In this document: positions 37,954 to 51,860 of the stretch, one piece after another
Numbering within the stretch: position 1 is the first letter of the stretch
Layout: every line of letters begins with the position of its first letter
DNA from: Paramecium tetraurelia
Taxonomy: Eukaryota
DNA length: 64,000 nucleotides
Reading direction: 5' to 3'
NCBI GenBank assembly: GCA_000165425.1
Contig: CT868207.1
Span: forward strand, 744,001-808,000
Translations under genes and position numbers: made by a program
The notes under the pieces: model-generated
Seen by the model: only the letters and a program-made list of their open reading frames with translations
What the model was told of the DNA's origin: nothing
The model's database searches: none

Positions 37954-39851
37954 ATGGCAAAAATTATAGATAATTATATACTAATTGAAGCAATTGGATA
38001 AGGAACCTATGGTGAAATACACAAAGGTCGCAATTTAATTTCAAAAGAAGCAGTTGCTGTCAAAACTATAAAATTAGATAGATTCTTAAATGATTCTCTC
38101 TTAAAAGAAATGATAATAAATGAAATTTAAGCTTTGAAAAAATTGGAAGATCAACACATAGTAAGAATGATCAAGATGCTTAAATCATCAAATAACATCT
38201 ATCTAGTCTATGAACATCTAAATGGAGGGTCGTTGGCCAATTATTTATAGGAAAAAGGTCGGTTAAGTGAATATGAAGGCAGACAAATTATCACAAATAT
38301 TTTTAAGTAAATATTATTAATATAATATAGAGGGTTTAAGACTTTAAACCATGAAAAAATAATTCACAGAAATATCAACCCTGAAAATTTATTTTTTAAT
38401 GATGGCATTATTAAAATTAAGAACTTCTTTTGCTGTAAATCATCCACAAGCTAAAAGATATTCGATCCAGGTATCATAATATATGAATTGATTAGAGAAT
38501 TATTTATACGCTGCTCCTGAAATTTTATTAAAGACTTAATAATCTTAATATGAGGATAAATGCGATATTTTTTCACTAGGATTAGTGTTTTATAAGATGT
38601 TTTTTGGAACACTTCCATTTCCTGAAAATATTGCATAAGAATAATTAGTAGAGTTATATCGTTCTTAAGATTTTAATCCTATTATTGAGGATTTATCAGA
38701 AAATACAAATTACATTTTAAACGGAATGCTTTAAATTGATTAATAAAAAAGAATTGAATGGTAAAAGTTATTTCATGAGGATCAAGTACCATCAACATCT
38801 GGACTTGTGAATTCTATTAATACAAATTTTGCATCAAATTACCAAATAAATTCCTAAGTGCAATAGTTTGAGACAGTAGGATAATAAAACTTTTACATTT
38901 CTTAATAATCTATACAAAATTAAATAACCACAAGTCCGAACGAGTTGATCAAAAGAAGAAATAATTTATAAGATAAAGAAAATACTAAAGCCAATAAAGA
39001 AAATGATAATATTTCATTATTTACTAAGACTGTAGAAAAGGACTCCAATATATCATCATATCAAGTATCCATATAATAATAATAATAATAATAATAATAG
39101 TAATAATCACAATAATAAACAAATTCAAATTAATAAATTAATAATCTAAATGGTTAACCAAATGTGATTAAATAAATCTAAACCTAACTATTTGAACTTC
39201 GATATAAATTTAATATTTTAATTTAAGGAATTATTAGAATTGAATAACTTGAAAGCTGGTCAGCGAAAATTAAAACCGAAATTTGCATGATTTTTTTAAT
39301 TAAGAAAGCCATTAAATATATAAATGAAATGATTGACATTTGCTAAAACAGTGATAGATAATGGATAATGTCTAAGAATAAAAATGAGATAGTTAAAATT
39401 TTGTAAAAAGATTACGATGAACTTTTATCGTAGTTCAGATTCATTAAATAGACTGTAAATTAATATATGATATTTTAGACAAATTCTTAGCACGAAGAAT
39501 TAGGCTCACATGAAATTATAGAGGAATAATACATAGACAATGTGTTGATTATGATAGCAAAATAAATTTCAATGGATTTAGGATAAGTGAAATCAAGTAT
39601 GCGAACTAATTCCTAAATTAAGAGCAATGTAATAAAAATCTTTAATATAGTCTTTTAATTATGAATAAACTAGCTAAAGAAATGGAAGTTTTATTGAATA
39701 AAAGCAAAATATTGCAAATTAATAGATTTTTGCTATTTTTTTGATAGATTTAGTTAAAGGTTAAATATAAGACGAATAACGCCCTTACTTTAAAAAAATT
39801 GAAGAATCAAAATTGGCTGAAATTTTAGACTTTAAGTTAAAGGCAATCTGA
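37954..39851 (+). CDS. ULK-like pseudokinase
   Basis: IGQGTYGEI and VAVK retained. The catalytic loop is HRNINPEN and DFG is replaced by NFF. YAAPE, DIFSLG. Confidence 0.85.
39074..39106 (+). repeat. (TAA/TAG)n poly-Gln tract (11 Q) in the pseudokinase
   Basis: In-frame TAA run. Confidence 0.8.
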
Positions 39852-40054
39852 TTTTATATATATATTAATGAAAATATTATTATTCCATACAAATTTAATT
39901 ATCCTGAAATAGATACATAGCCGAATTGTAATTTCTTATCATTCAAGAGATTAATAAATGTTGAAGATTTTGAAAATTACTAAATTTCTCTAAATTAATA
40001 CAAATATCATCTAATTTCACAATTTACAATCAAAATAATTTATTAAAAATTAAA

Positions 40055-40547
40055 ATGAGAACTAGATCTTGCCTTCCAGATATAACCTTCAGAGACTATT
40101 GCTAAAAATACTTCAATGATTCCTTTATTACAAGCGAGAGATAAACAAAAACTAAATTCAAATTAGATGAAATGAAAAATGTTCCAATGAATAAAGAAAA
40201 ATAATTAGAATTTTAAAATTTTATAAACAATGCAATTGATTAAACAAAAAAGGTGAGAATTGAGGCAACATAAGAAGCGACAAAAACATTTGGTAATCCA
40301 AAATAATGGCTGAGAGCCTAAAAAGAATATTTTAAATAACCAGAATAAAAACATAAGACATATATTGAAAGCTATCCACTTTAATTACCCACTTAAATAA
40401 ACTTTAATAAATGGAAATATAAGGAGAGACTAGAGTAAATTAGAAATAGATCTTATTCTCTTCGTAAAACGCCGAACAGTCAGAGAAGACAATATTTATT
40501 TTGATTATAATTGTTTGCTCGTTAATGTTTATAAATTCTTTGAATGA
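40055..40547 (+). CDS. Hypothetical protein
   Basis: ATG 40055 (MRTRSCLPDITFRDYC...), open to TGA 40545-40547. Confidence 0.55.
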
Positions 40548-40691
40548 GATTCTTTATTTCATTCATTATTCATATAGGCTAGATTCTGAAACTTATGTCG
40601 CTGTCAAAAAAAGGACTTTAGCTTGTTTGAAATATAATTATTTATTAATTATAAATAAAAGATAGTTCTCAAATTCAGTCCATAATCACTC

Positions 40692-41756
40692 ATGCTCCCA
40701 AATAAGAATAAGCATATTGGTGCAGATTTTTCAGGTTTTTAGAAAAAAGCTTATTTAAGGTTCTCTTTAACAAAATGATAATCTTTGCTAATTTCTAAAT
40801 CTGAAAGATTACTCAAAATACTCTAAGTCAGATATAGAGAAAGTATGAGTTAAGATAATTTAGAAATAAAAATTAATATGGCAAGAGATAGCTTAGGATT
40901 GGCAAAAGTATTAAAGAGACGTTAAAGTTATTTAATTAGCAGAATTTGGAATACCTTTTAGTGCAAGAAGATTTATTTGGCCTTTGATTGTTGGTAATAA
41001 GCATCAAATAACTTTGGAGTTATTTGAAATATTATCAGAATAAGTACAAAATATAATTATTGATGACAAATATAATTATGGAAGAATAAGCTCTATGAAG
41101 TTGATTCAGAAAGATTTAGGGAGAACTTTTGATATTCCAAGTATGAATATTTTAACATAGGTCTTCGAAACATTTTTTAATCCGGAGGACCTCTAAGTGG
41201 AAGTTTACAATCTATATTGGAGTCATTTTGTGTTTATCGACCAGATATTGGTTATATCTAAGGGATGACTTACATAGCTTCTATACTCTTGACTTATTTA
41301 GATGAATATCAAACCTTTATAATTTTTAGCAGTCTCATTACACATCCATAATTGCTTCCCATATATTTAGTTGATTCTAATTTGCTTCAGGTGATCTTTT
41401 AATAATTTTAAAAATTGATTAAGATAAACATCCCTTAAACATATCAAATACTAAAATAATATAACATCGATTGCTCAAATTTTTTACTTGAATGGATTAT
41501 TACACTTTATGCAAAAACATTAAATCCTGACATAGTTGGAAGAATTTGGGATATGATGTTTTTTAATGGAACAAATGTATTATGGAAGACTGGTATTTCA
41601 ATTCTAAAGTTGTTATCATCAAAATTTAAAGATTTAGAAACTACACTTCTTTTATTAAAATATCCTTAGGTGAACGAGGATGAGTTATTTTATGAGATAA
41701 ACTTAGTAAAATATCCAGTTGATGTTTCTGAAATTTTATCAAACTTATAATTATGA
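40692..41756 (+). CDS. TBC-domain Rab GTPase-activating protein (TBC1D12/14-like)
   Basis: GIPFSARRFIWPLIVGN, IQKDLGRTF (Arg finger), YRPDIGYIQGMTYIA (Gln finger), EWIITLYAK, RIWD. Confidence 0.92.
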
Positions 41757-42475
41757 TTATATAACTTTATGATAATAAAAATAATAATGTTAGCTCAACT
41801 ATGTATTTAAATAATAATATATATATATAAAAAGATGATAAAGTATTTATAAAAAAATGAAATAATTCCAAAAGAAGACTTAATAAAAATTTATTAAAAA
41901 CAAAAAAAAGGGACAAAAAAAATAAATTGATTTATCGAGATTAACAAACCAATTTTAACTGATATTTCAATTCATTTAAAGAAATATTTAAACACATTTT
42001 AAAATTCATAAATAATTATGGAGTTAATTATAAAACAAATACTTAATATAATTAATTTGAAGATATATCTAAGTAGTTTCCTAGCTTAGAAAAAAAAAAT
42101 TCAACTAACAGAATATAAATAAGAATGTAATTAATTTTTTTAATTCAATTTATTATTTTTAAATTACGCAAGATATCTAAGTTAGACACCTCCTAAAGAC
42201 TTTGCGGTAATAACAAAAAGTATCTCGATATTAACCAAAAATTTCAAATTCTAAATTTTACTATTAATCTTTTTGAATAAATTATTAAAGGAAAAATCTA
42301 ATTTCTACTGTGTATATTTATAGACATGCTTTATGAAATTTTAGTAGTATTGCTTAATTACTCTTTTAATCATTTTTTTCCACTTTAAAAATAATTCAAT
42401 TCTTCATGTTTATAAAATAATATTTGATTAATTTAACAAAAAAATGAGTTATCATTTTAATATATAATTTTTAAT

Positions 42476-45400
42476 TCATTCAGGTAATAAGGACTTGTAA
42501 ATTTTTTCTACTTTTTCAGTTTATTTTTTAAGATCTTCCTCGATTTTATCAGCCTAAAACATTGAATTATAAATACTTTTTTATTCAATAAATCTAATTG
42601 TTCCAGCTTTTTTTTATCTTCTTAATTTTCATCTGTGATGCATTTCGCTTTCTTTATTGGTAACCAACCTAAGTCAAGATTTTCCATTTTGTTGCTAACA
42701 AAAGTTTCGTTGCCATCATATTCTGTCGGATCCTTGAATTACAAGTAAGCAAAATAAAACACATAATTCCACATATGATGCTCATATTTTATATGAAAAG
42801 CAAAGCCTTTATCACTATCACTTGACTTATCTAATGTTTCCATATCAAAGCCACATACAAAACACTTAAATTCCATATCTTTGTTTTTTTCAGCTAAATC
42901 TTCCCTTAATGACGAAAACGTATCAATAATGATACCCTAAATCATGTTTAATAAAATGAACACCAACATGATATTAAATAAATTATCAAAAAAGAATCGC
43001 TCGTAATATATAGCAGTTTAATCCGCATTGACGTAATCATATGAAGCGTCTTCATCTCCTTATAAAACAGCTTGTTTTTATAGCTCTTCCAAAGTAGCAG
43101 GATCTTGTAGATGAGCCCCTATTGATCCAGTAAATTTGAAAGTCCAATCAAAAGTTGTGATAAGACATCTCCAAAATTCATTACAATACTCTTATCCTGA
43201 TTCTCCTGATGCAGGATACTAATTATAAAATACGATCCAAGCCAAGATGTTAAAATAGTACTCAATAATTATTAATAACATGAGAGCCAAGCCTAATTCT
43301 ACCTTTGGTTTCCAAATAGCTTAAACAACGGTTTTCAATTGATCTAACTTTAAAAAATCCATCAAGTGAACACAGAAAAAGAATGGATGAGCTGCTAATC
43401 CTACTATTCCAGCTAGAATATAAGCAGAATAATAAAGAATTTCAAAATCCTATAACAACACAAATATTGAAACTAATGAATTTTTAATTAATCTGATTAT
43501 GATCTTAAAAAATCCTTAAGTGCTGAAAAATCCTACCCAAATATGATAAACTTTTAAGGGGGCTCTTTTAAGGGCAAAGAAAAATACTATTAAGGAAGAA
43601 AACGCCAAATCTAATATTCCCAAAATTAAAATAATTTGTTTGGTTATGCTTAATTAATCATACCACAACAATCTTGGTTCATACAATCTATAATATTAAA
43701 TTCTACTATCATTATCCAAATATTGATCAGGAACTAAAAATTAGGAATAACTAAACAAGATTATTAAATTGATAGCTATTGTTGTCAAAAATAGGCAAAG
43801 TTCCCATAATTTGCCTTAAGAAGCTATAGCTCCAAAAATTGGATTAATGTTAAACAAAATTCTCAGATATTCTTCATGTTTCATAGTTTTAATTATGCTC
43901 TCAGATTTAGTCATTAAATAATTCAACTTAGTTTTAGCACTTGATCTATTGACTTCATCATGAAATTCTGTCTTTAAATCTTTTGGTAATTAATGACAGT
44001 AGGGTAATTTTGGAAAGAAAACCTAATAAACTTTTTCTTCTCGAACTATTTCAATGGAACAAGAGTTTTTCTTAAAGAATCTAATAGAATTTTTTAGTAA
44101 CTCCTTATTCTTCTTTTTCTCTTCTAATTCTTATGCTTCTTTCTCTTTTCTTCTATCTTCGTCTGTTTTACCTACTTCTTCTATTCCCTGTTTGAATTTT
44201 TAAAGTCCCCCCAATCCTACCTAGAGCATCTAACCTCCTAATTTAGAGATTCCGCTAAATAAGCCTGTGGATTGCTCGTCTGCTCTGTCGACATCAAATT
44301 CATTTAATATTTCTCTCATTTCAATATCTTCTTGCAAGATATCTTTTCCCTTTTTACTTGCTACAAAGATTTACATTAGGATATAAATATAAAACCCAAT
44401 TTCTACCACTAATTCGTACTTTTCTTCTTCCTCTGTCAATACGATTAGTTATTCTGCCCTTCCAAACAATTCTTCTTTATATTCATCTTTAAAATATTAC
44501 TAAAATAATGAATATACTCTTGACATATTATTAGTTAATACTCGGATAGGGATAGCTCTAATTATTCTTAAGATTAAATTATCTTATAGATCGCAGCATT
44601 CTACTAAAGAAACTAATGATATCAAGGCTTTTAATTTAAGTCTTGCTAATTTTGCTAAATGCAAAGTAAGGTTATAAGGTTTAGTAGGATCCATAATTTT
44701 GTTTCTTTTAATTCCTTGTTATTCTTTTGTTTATCCCATTTAATTAAAGCTTTTAAATTCTTTCTTTTGTGTTTAGACTTATTTAAAAATAACTCCAAGC
44801 AATTTGGCTTCTTGTTTTTTCTAGATTTCTTAGGTCTCAAACAACTTTTCATTCTCTGATAGGACATCCACAACATACTCCATAAATTTAGAGTTTGATA
44901 AAGCTATTTAATTTGTTTTGCATGGTCCTTAAATTACTTCTGTAATTGTATCAAAGCATTGTGTCACAATACCATAATTTTTATTATCAATTTTTATGCA
45001 TTGTTAAAGTTTTACAATTTATAAAACTAAATCATAAGATGTTTTTGAATTTGTTTATTAGTGTAGGTATTCTTATAATTATAGATTGTGTCCTTCACAC
45101 AATAATTACATAAATTATAAAGTTTTGCATATTAATTTTGTTTGAAGTTTTCCTTACTATTTTAATTCAGCTGGATTCGAATTTATATAATTAGCAATTA
45201 TCAAATTTAATTTAAAATAAAGTTTTTCACATTCCTGATTTGATTTAGAATATTCTAAAATTGTGGTTTACACTACTAAATTACCTTTCTTTAACATCAT
45301 GCAAAATAGGGATAGAAGAGTTGTTAAATATTGTAGATCATTTTCATCTTCACTCCATAATAACTACATTAAAATTTTAGTTGCATTCAATTTATTCAAA

Positions 45401-48400
45401 ATTTCCTATCTTTCCCTTAATTCATCCAAATCATCAGATCTAAATGGATTCTTTAAAATCTATTTTAATGCTTTAAAGATAAAAAGCACACTTTTTTTAT
45501 CAGCTGCATTAACTTACCAGTATTGTATATAATTTAATAAATTCTTGACAACATCTTCTTGATTTAGTACTAAATCTTTTTAATCAGATTTGATATCTGA
45601 TTAAAACATTTAACTTATATTCCAGACACTATTAGCAAATATTTATTTCTCTTCTTTAATGGCTTCATGCACTTGTTCATTATCCGAAAGCAACGAAACA
45701 AATAATTGCCAATAATAATTGATTTATTTTGATTCACTATCTTCATTATCTTTTTTATCAGTTTGTAATTACTTTGCTTTCAAAGATTTAAATTTTTATA
45801 AAAATGCTCTAGCAGTATTTTCATTAACTAATGGTGGCCCAGTTGTAAAACTACCTTTTTAATGAGTATTTTCATTTGATACATCCATAGATATTTGTTT
45901 TGCTTTGTCATCAGTTTCATCTTCTTATTCCTCCACATCATCATCTATTTCATCATCAGAATTTACTGGTCTTCTAAATGATTTTGGAATATCAATTTTC
46001 AAAGCTCTACATAAATCTTCAACCATTGATATTTTTGGAACATCATCCATTATGGTTTTTTGGCTCATATGATTGAGAGCGTTTAAGAAGGCTTTTCCAT
46101 ACTCTTAAATTTTTTTGCGTTCAATTTTTGACTATTCAGCATTTTAAAATAATTTAGCACCAGCATCTTTGTAAAAGGCTTTGAAGTATTAAAGAAGAAA
46201 AGGGGATTGCTTTTAAAATAGATAGATTAATTGTGCATTCGAAAATTATTGCCTTGAGTTTAAGAACTAAGATTCAAGGACAAGGAATTCTTGGATTTTC
46301 TCAGAACATGACATTATTTCCAAATTCTTTTTCTCTGCTCTTTCTAATACAACCATAATGATTTCAAAAATGCATGTTTTAACTTCTAATTAATTAAATT
46401 ATTCAAAAGCTGTCTCCCTTTCTTCTGAAGATATCTAAACTAAACTTTCTAACAATAAATTTAATTTAAATGTTTATTAAGCTCTATAAGTCAAAGACAC
46501 CCCTATATAGTTTTTTAAACATTAGGCTAACATCTAAAGAATATTAAATTATAATTACAATAATAAATTTTCCCAGATAGGACGATTGAGGTTTGTGTTA
46601 ATAGAACAATGACTTACCTTTGAGTTTAGGCTATGGAACGAAAGGCTAAAATCAAATTAAGAAAATAATTACATTGCAGAATTCAAAATATTTTTTGTCT
46701 AAGACGAAGTTAATTATGTGCATTGATAAGACATTGCTTTAACCAGTTTTATTACTTTCTGCATTTTTTAAAATGATTAAAAAAAAGTCTATAAATTCAG
46801 TGTATCTTCCATGCTTCTTGATTAACTTAAAAAAGTATTCAATTTCCCTATCTCTATTGATATGTTGAGTTAATTTTGGATTATCATTTAATAAATCAGT
46901 AATAAACTGTGATTGATTAAAATTATTTCTCCTATATTTAGTCAAATGAGGAACCACTTTATGAAATACTAATTCTTAATTCTCAATAGAATTTTTACCA
47001 AAAAATACCATGATTTAAAGTATGCATTCCAATAATTACAAAATTAATTTAGCCAAATGTTATTAATATTATGAGAAACTAGTAGGTGCTTCTTTGAATG
47101 TAAATACCTGTCTATTATTTATTATCATTATCATACAGGATAACATTAATTCAAGCATTGAATCAAATCCTCCAACATGTTTAAATATTCTTTATTTTAT
47201 TTTCATTCTTTAATTATCACCAGCATTTTCTTAAAACACATCAATAATCTTTTTAACTAATTTCAGATTTTTTTAGAAATTAGTTTCATTTCTTCCATTT
47301 AATTTTTAAGGAGTATCTAGTTATAACCAAGCTTAACAATTTGGGATATTTCTTTTCAATTTATTTAAAAGTCTCGACCACTTTTTATAAAAGGCTATGG
47401 TTTCCATAGACACAACTACTTATAACTCTGTTAAATTCTAGACTAAATCATATCTTTAACTAGAGTATTTTTCGATTAATTCAACAATTTTATTTGATAA
47501 TTTTGCATTGGTTGAAAAGAACAATGATAATATCAATGTTTCATAAAATGGTCTATCAAGAATGATGTCAAAATTTCTAACTGTCTAAAATTTTTCACAA
47601 TACTCCTTCATTGTTTAAATGGAATCAACATCTTCTCCTACTTCAATCCCCAATTCAGGTAACAAATCAGTATAATTGTGATTTTCATCAATCATACTTA
47701 CTTGATAAGGAACAAATTATTATTTAAAGAAATCTATTGCGTTGTCAATAAGGAAGTCCTATCTCATTCCTAACATTAATATAAAGATTTCACAAATTTC
47801 CATCTTAATTTAAACCTCATATTATGTAAATTAATCTTCTTATTTAATTGAAAATGTCTTATTAGAACATTTATCTAATATTTTCTTTAATTATTTTACT
47901 TTTCTGAATAAGGGATCATTAATTATCTCCATTTCAATATCCTGATGAATAATTTTTCTTTCTTTTTTTTATTTTTCTGCTCCATCCAATAAATTCATCA
48001 TATCAAGATTTATATTACCCAAATTAGCTAAATCATCAAATGCATTTTTCTTTTTTTTCTCATCTCTCTTAAGTTTGTTTTCGATATATTTTCTTTAGAC
48101 ATTTGCATTTTCTAGAGCTTAATTGTATTATTCATCATATTCCAATAGTTATGCTAATAATTATATAATCTATTCTATTTCAGAATTTTTGATTTATTTT
48201 TCTATTTCTCTCATAATTGCTTAAGATTTCTTAGTATGTTAATTTGGAGGTTTAATGTATTCGTAATTAAAAAAACCAAATTAGAAGATTAACTTGACTA
48301 TTTAGATAACTTCTAAAGTCAATATATTGTAAATCAATCTGCCTTATTTCAAAGAAGTCAATTTTTAAGCTGATTCTTAAATGTGCTAAATTAATATTTT

Positions 48401-51400
48401 GATTAGCGATTACAAGAATTTCTTAACTTCTTCAGATTCTTCTACTTCTGACTCATCAATAGCTTGTTCCTTTTAGATTCTTTCCCAGTTTATCTACTAT
48501 TATTTTAATTTTTTCACTCTCATAGTCTGATATAAAATGGTATCCTTTGATATTAATGGTTCTAATTAACGTTTTTAGATTTCTTCAAATGATACATAGT
48601 TATTAGCATTCATTTTTAACATAGATAATATTCCTCCATCTTATTTAATTAGTTTTGTTGTTAAAATTGATTTATCGTAAATGATTTCTCTAACTAATTC
48701 TGGTCTTTTTTATGTTTAATAAGGTTCTTAATCTATATACAATACTCTTATTAATTTTAAAAACACTGCTCTAATTTCTTCTTTCAAATTACTATTCTCT
48801 ACAAATGGTAAGGTTTTATTGAATAAAAATGTTTATTGGAAAGTTTTGCATGCTAAGGTATTTCTACTTAAGCATAGATTTGCTATCAAATTCAATTCAT
48901 TCTTTATGTATTCGAACTAACGTTAATAATTAGCTCCGCTTTCTAATCTTGGATCATCAAAGAAATCTAAAAATTTAATGGTTACTGGTTAATCATTCTT
49001 GTCTAAACAAGTAAGTAATAAATCTCCAAATTTATAAGTTAATTTCATAAAAGCATGATTGTAAATTAATTTATTTTCAAAAAATGCTCTATAAATTAAA
49101 TTTTAATTAACAAAAACTGGAGATTCTAAAGATTAACAGACAGTCGCCAATAAATATATGATGTCAGGTTTTGAGAAAGGTGGGAATTCAAGCAATTTCA
49201 AAATAATTGCTTATAGAGAATTACTTTCGTTTTTCTATTATTTCTCCTTCTCCTTTTATTTTTCTTGTTATTCTTTTAGTTTTTGTTGTTCTTTTTCTTT
49301 TTCTCTTTATAACTCAATTTCCTTTTATGAAACTCTTTCTTTGCTTTTGTTATGAGCTGTCATAGATAAATTTGATTAGTCCATAACTTTTATTTAATCA
49401 CCCTACACTTGAGATTTATCTTAAGAAGTTGAATGGTTTTGATGCTCATCTTAATTGGGTTTTTAAGGCATACTAATCATGGTTTTTGGCAATTGCTATA
49501 AAATAGATTTAGTTTTAGAAATAGAATTTGCCAATGTATCCACAATCTAATCTCCTAATCCTATGTGATTGTAAAAGATATTTAACAATTTCATTAAAGT
49601 TCTTTGATTGCTTTTGTTATCTTTACAAAAATCTTTTATTGTCATGTAAACTTTGTATGACAAATAGATCTATCTTTTATTATGTCCATCTTCTAATTTG
49701 ACGAGCATTCTTGGATGATGTTTAAGTGTGTTACTTTATAGAAATGATTAAACACGAAATATAAAATCTTTTTCATCCATGAAATCTATCTTCATAGCTT
49801 CAAATTTCTGAGGATATTTTTCTATAATTTGTCTGCTAGGAAAACATCTAAATAACATCCAAACTAATAAAATAAATATGTTTTATTCTCTAACTACATT
49901 TTATCTATTTGTAACTATATAAGAGTATTCTTATTTAGCACTGATGTTAGAAATTAATTTATTGTTTACAAATTCACAATACATATCTAACATTCTATCT
50001 AATTTTAAAAATATTTAATAGAAGTGCAATTTACTTTTGATATCCTCATCGTTATAAGCTATAGTACTATTCACAATATGTTTTTAATGTAATCTTTAAA
50101 TATAATCGATAGCTTCCAAAAAGAATGGCAAACTATATTATAACATGTATGTCTCCCACATGTCTGAAAAATCTATCTTTTTTACTCTAAATGTAGTATA
50201 ATGATTCTGAACTACTGACAAATAGGCTTACTTAACCTCAACTTCAGCCTCTTTGGATAATTATTCGATCTTTGGATTTACTTCATTTACTTCATCACTG
50301 ATACCCAAATATTGACCAGTCTCAATGTGTAATAGATAATAGAATGAATCTCTTTTAATATATGTTACTTCTGAATCTTCTGAATTCTAAATCTAGGAGA
50401 ATTTAAATAATGCATTTTGATTAGGTTCTGAAATTAACTCCATATCCACCAAATTTCCGTTTTTTGTAATTTGTAAATATCTACCGGTTTAGTAATGTCT
50501 TAATCTATAAATTTTATTCCAGTCTACTCTACCACCACTCATCTAATCGGCACTTTCAATTTTCCAAAAACAACTATTTGGAAGATCTAATAATTTCTTT
50601 TAGGATTCAGTGCTATTAAAGTAATTGAAATTTTAAAATGTAACAACTACATCCTCAATTAATATTTTCTTTAAGATTTTAGCATCTGATTAATTTAGAT
50701 TGAATTCTTTGTCCAAATGTTATTGTGTTTTTGTTAATTTTAATAATTAATCTTTTTGTTTAGTTTAAGGTTCAGCAGAAGTAAGATTTTCAATTTTGAG
50801 TATTTACAATATCTTCTTGAATGGATCATAAGGTTTTAGAGCATTAACATGTAATTTTAATTCTGATAGATAGAGAGCAATCACATCTCCAACATGAAGA
50901 TAATCATCAAATTCTGACTGTTTTTCATTATTGCTTGCACAATGATATCCCTCTACCCTCCATCTAGTTTAATATTCAATACTTCCAATAATTTTACTCC
51001 TCTTTACTTCCTATTGAAATTGTTTCTTTAATTGTTTGTCTTTTGACTCTTTGTATTTATATTCTTATCCTTTATAGAATGTGTATAATGAAGGGGGTCG
51101 ATTACAGACAACTTTTGTGCTTGACAAGATAACAGCATCTTTATTATAAACTATGTTAGTTCGTAATTTTTAGAAATTAAGACAAGGAGTGAATTTCATT
51201 ATGCTACCTTCTTCTGGAAAGTCTTTTAATTAAAAATGTAAATCTTCTGGATTCTCATCATTCAAAGTTAAAAATTTGAGCGAGGTTACATGGACCAGCA
51301 TAAAAGTGGATGAACCAAATATGAGAGGGACTCCTGTCAATTTACTAGTTAAGGAAATGTTAGATGTAACTTCTCCATCTAAGTTAGTTCTTAAACTTTA

Positions 51401-51703
51401 TATCTAACCTTTTCTTTGTTTTACGACTTTGTATATTATTAATCAATTACCTTAGATTTCACTTAGTTTCTAGAAATCTTCTTGCACTATTTCCTTTAAT
51501 AACTTTTGAGTCCATTTGAAGTTTAACACAGGTATGATTCTAAATACCGTATTTTGAAAATCATGAAATAGATTTCCATGAACACTATTAAAACTAATTA
51601 ATTCAAAATCATTGCTCATAAATCCATCTGTGTACATATAAACTTGGGGGAATTTAGCTAATGAAAGTGATATTAAAGATGAATAAGTAATAGGTTGACT
51701 CAT
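42476..51703 (-). CDS. Inositol-1,4,5-trisphosphate/ryanodine receptor-type Ca2+ release channel (Paramecium CRC family)
   Basis: N-terminal beta-trefoil/MIR motifs (FWKIE, YRLRHYQTGRYL), RIH-associated QLLCEGHN..LQEYL and EVIQGPCKTNQ, S6 LNMIQGIIIDTFSSLRE, C-terminal KCFVCG...HIKYEHHMWNY. Confidence 0.95.
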
Positions 51704-51860
51704 ACAAACCTATTTTAATTTAATATAATAATTATAAGATTATTTGAAATTTGATCATCTCGAATGAAAATTTTGTATTTCTTCACTCTAATGATCATAT
51801 ATTCTATTGTAAGATTATTATGTATAACAATGAAAAGTGTTATAAATTAAGTATATAAAT

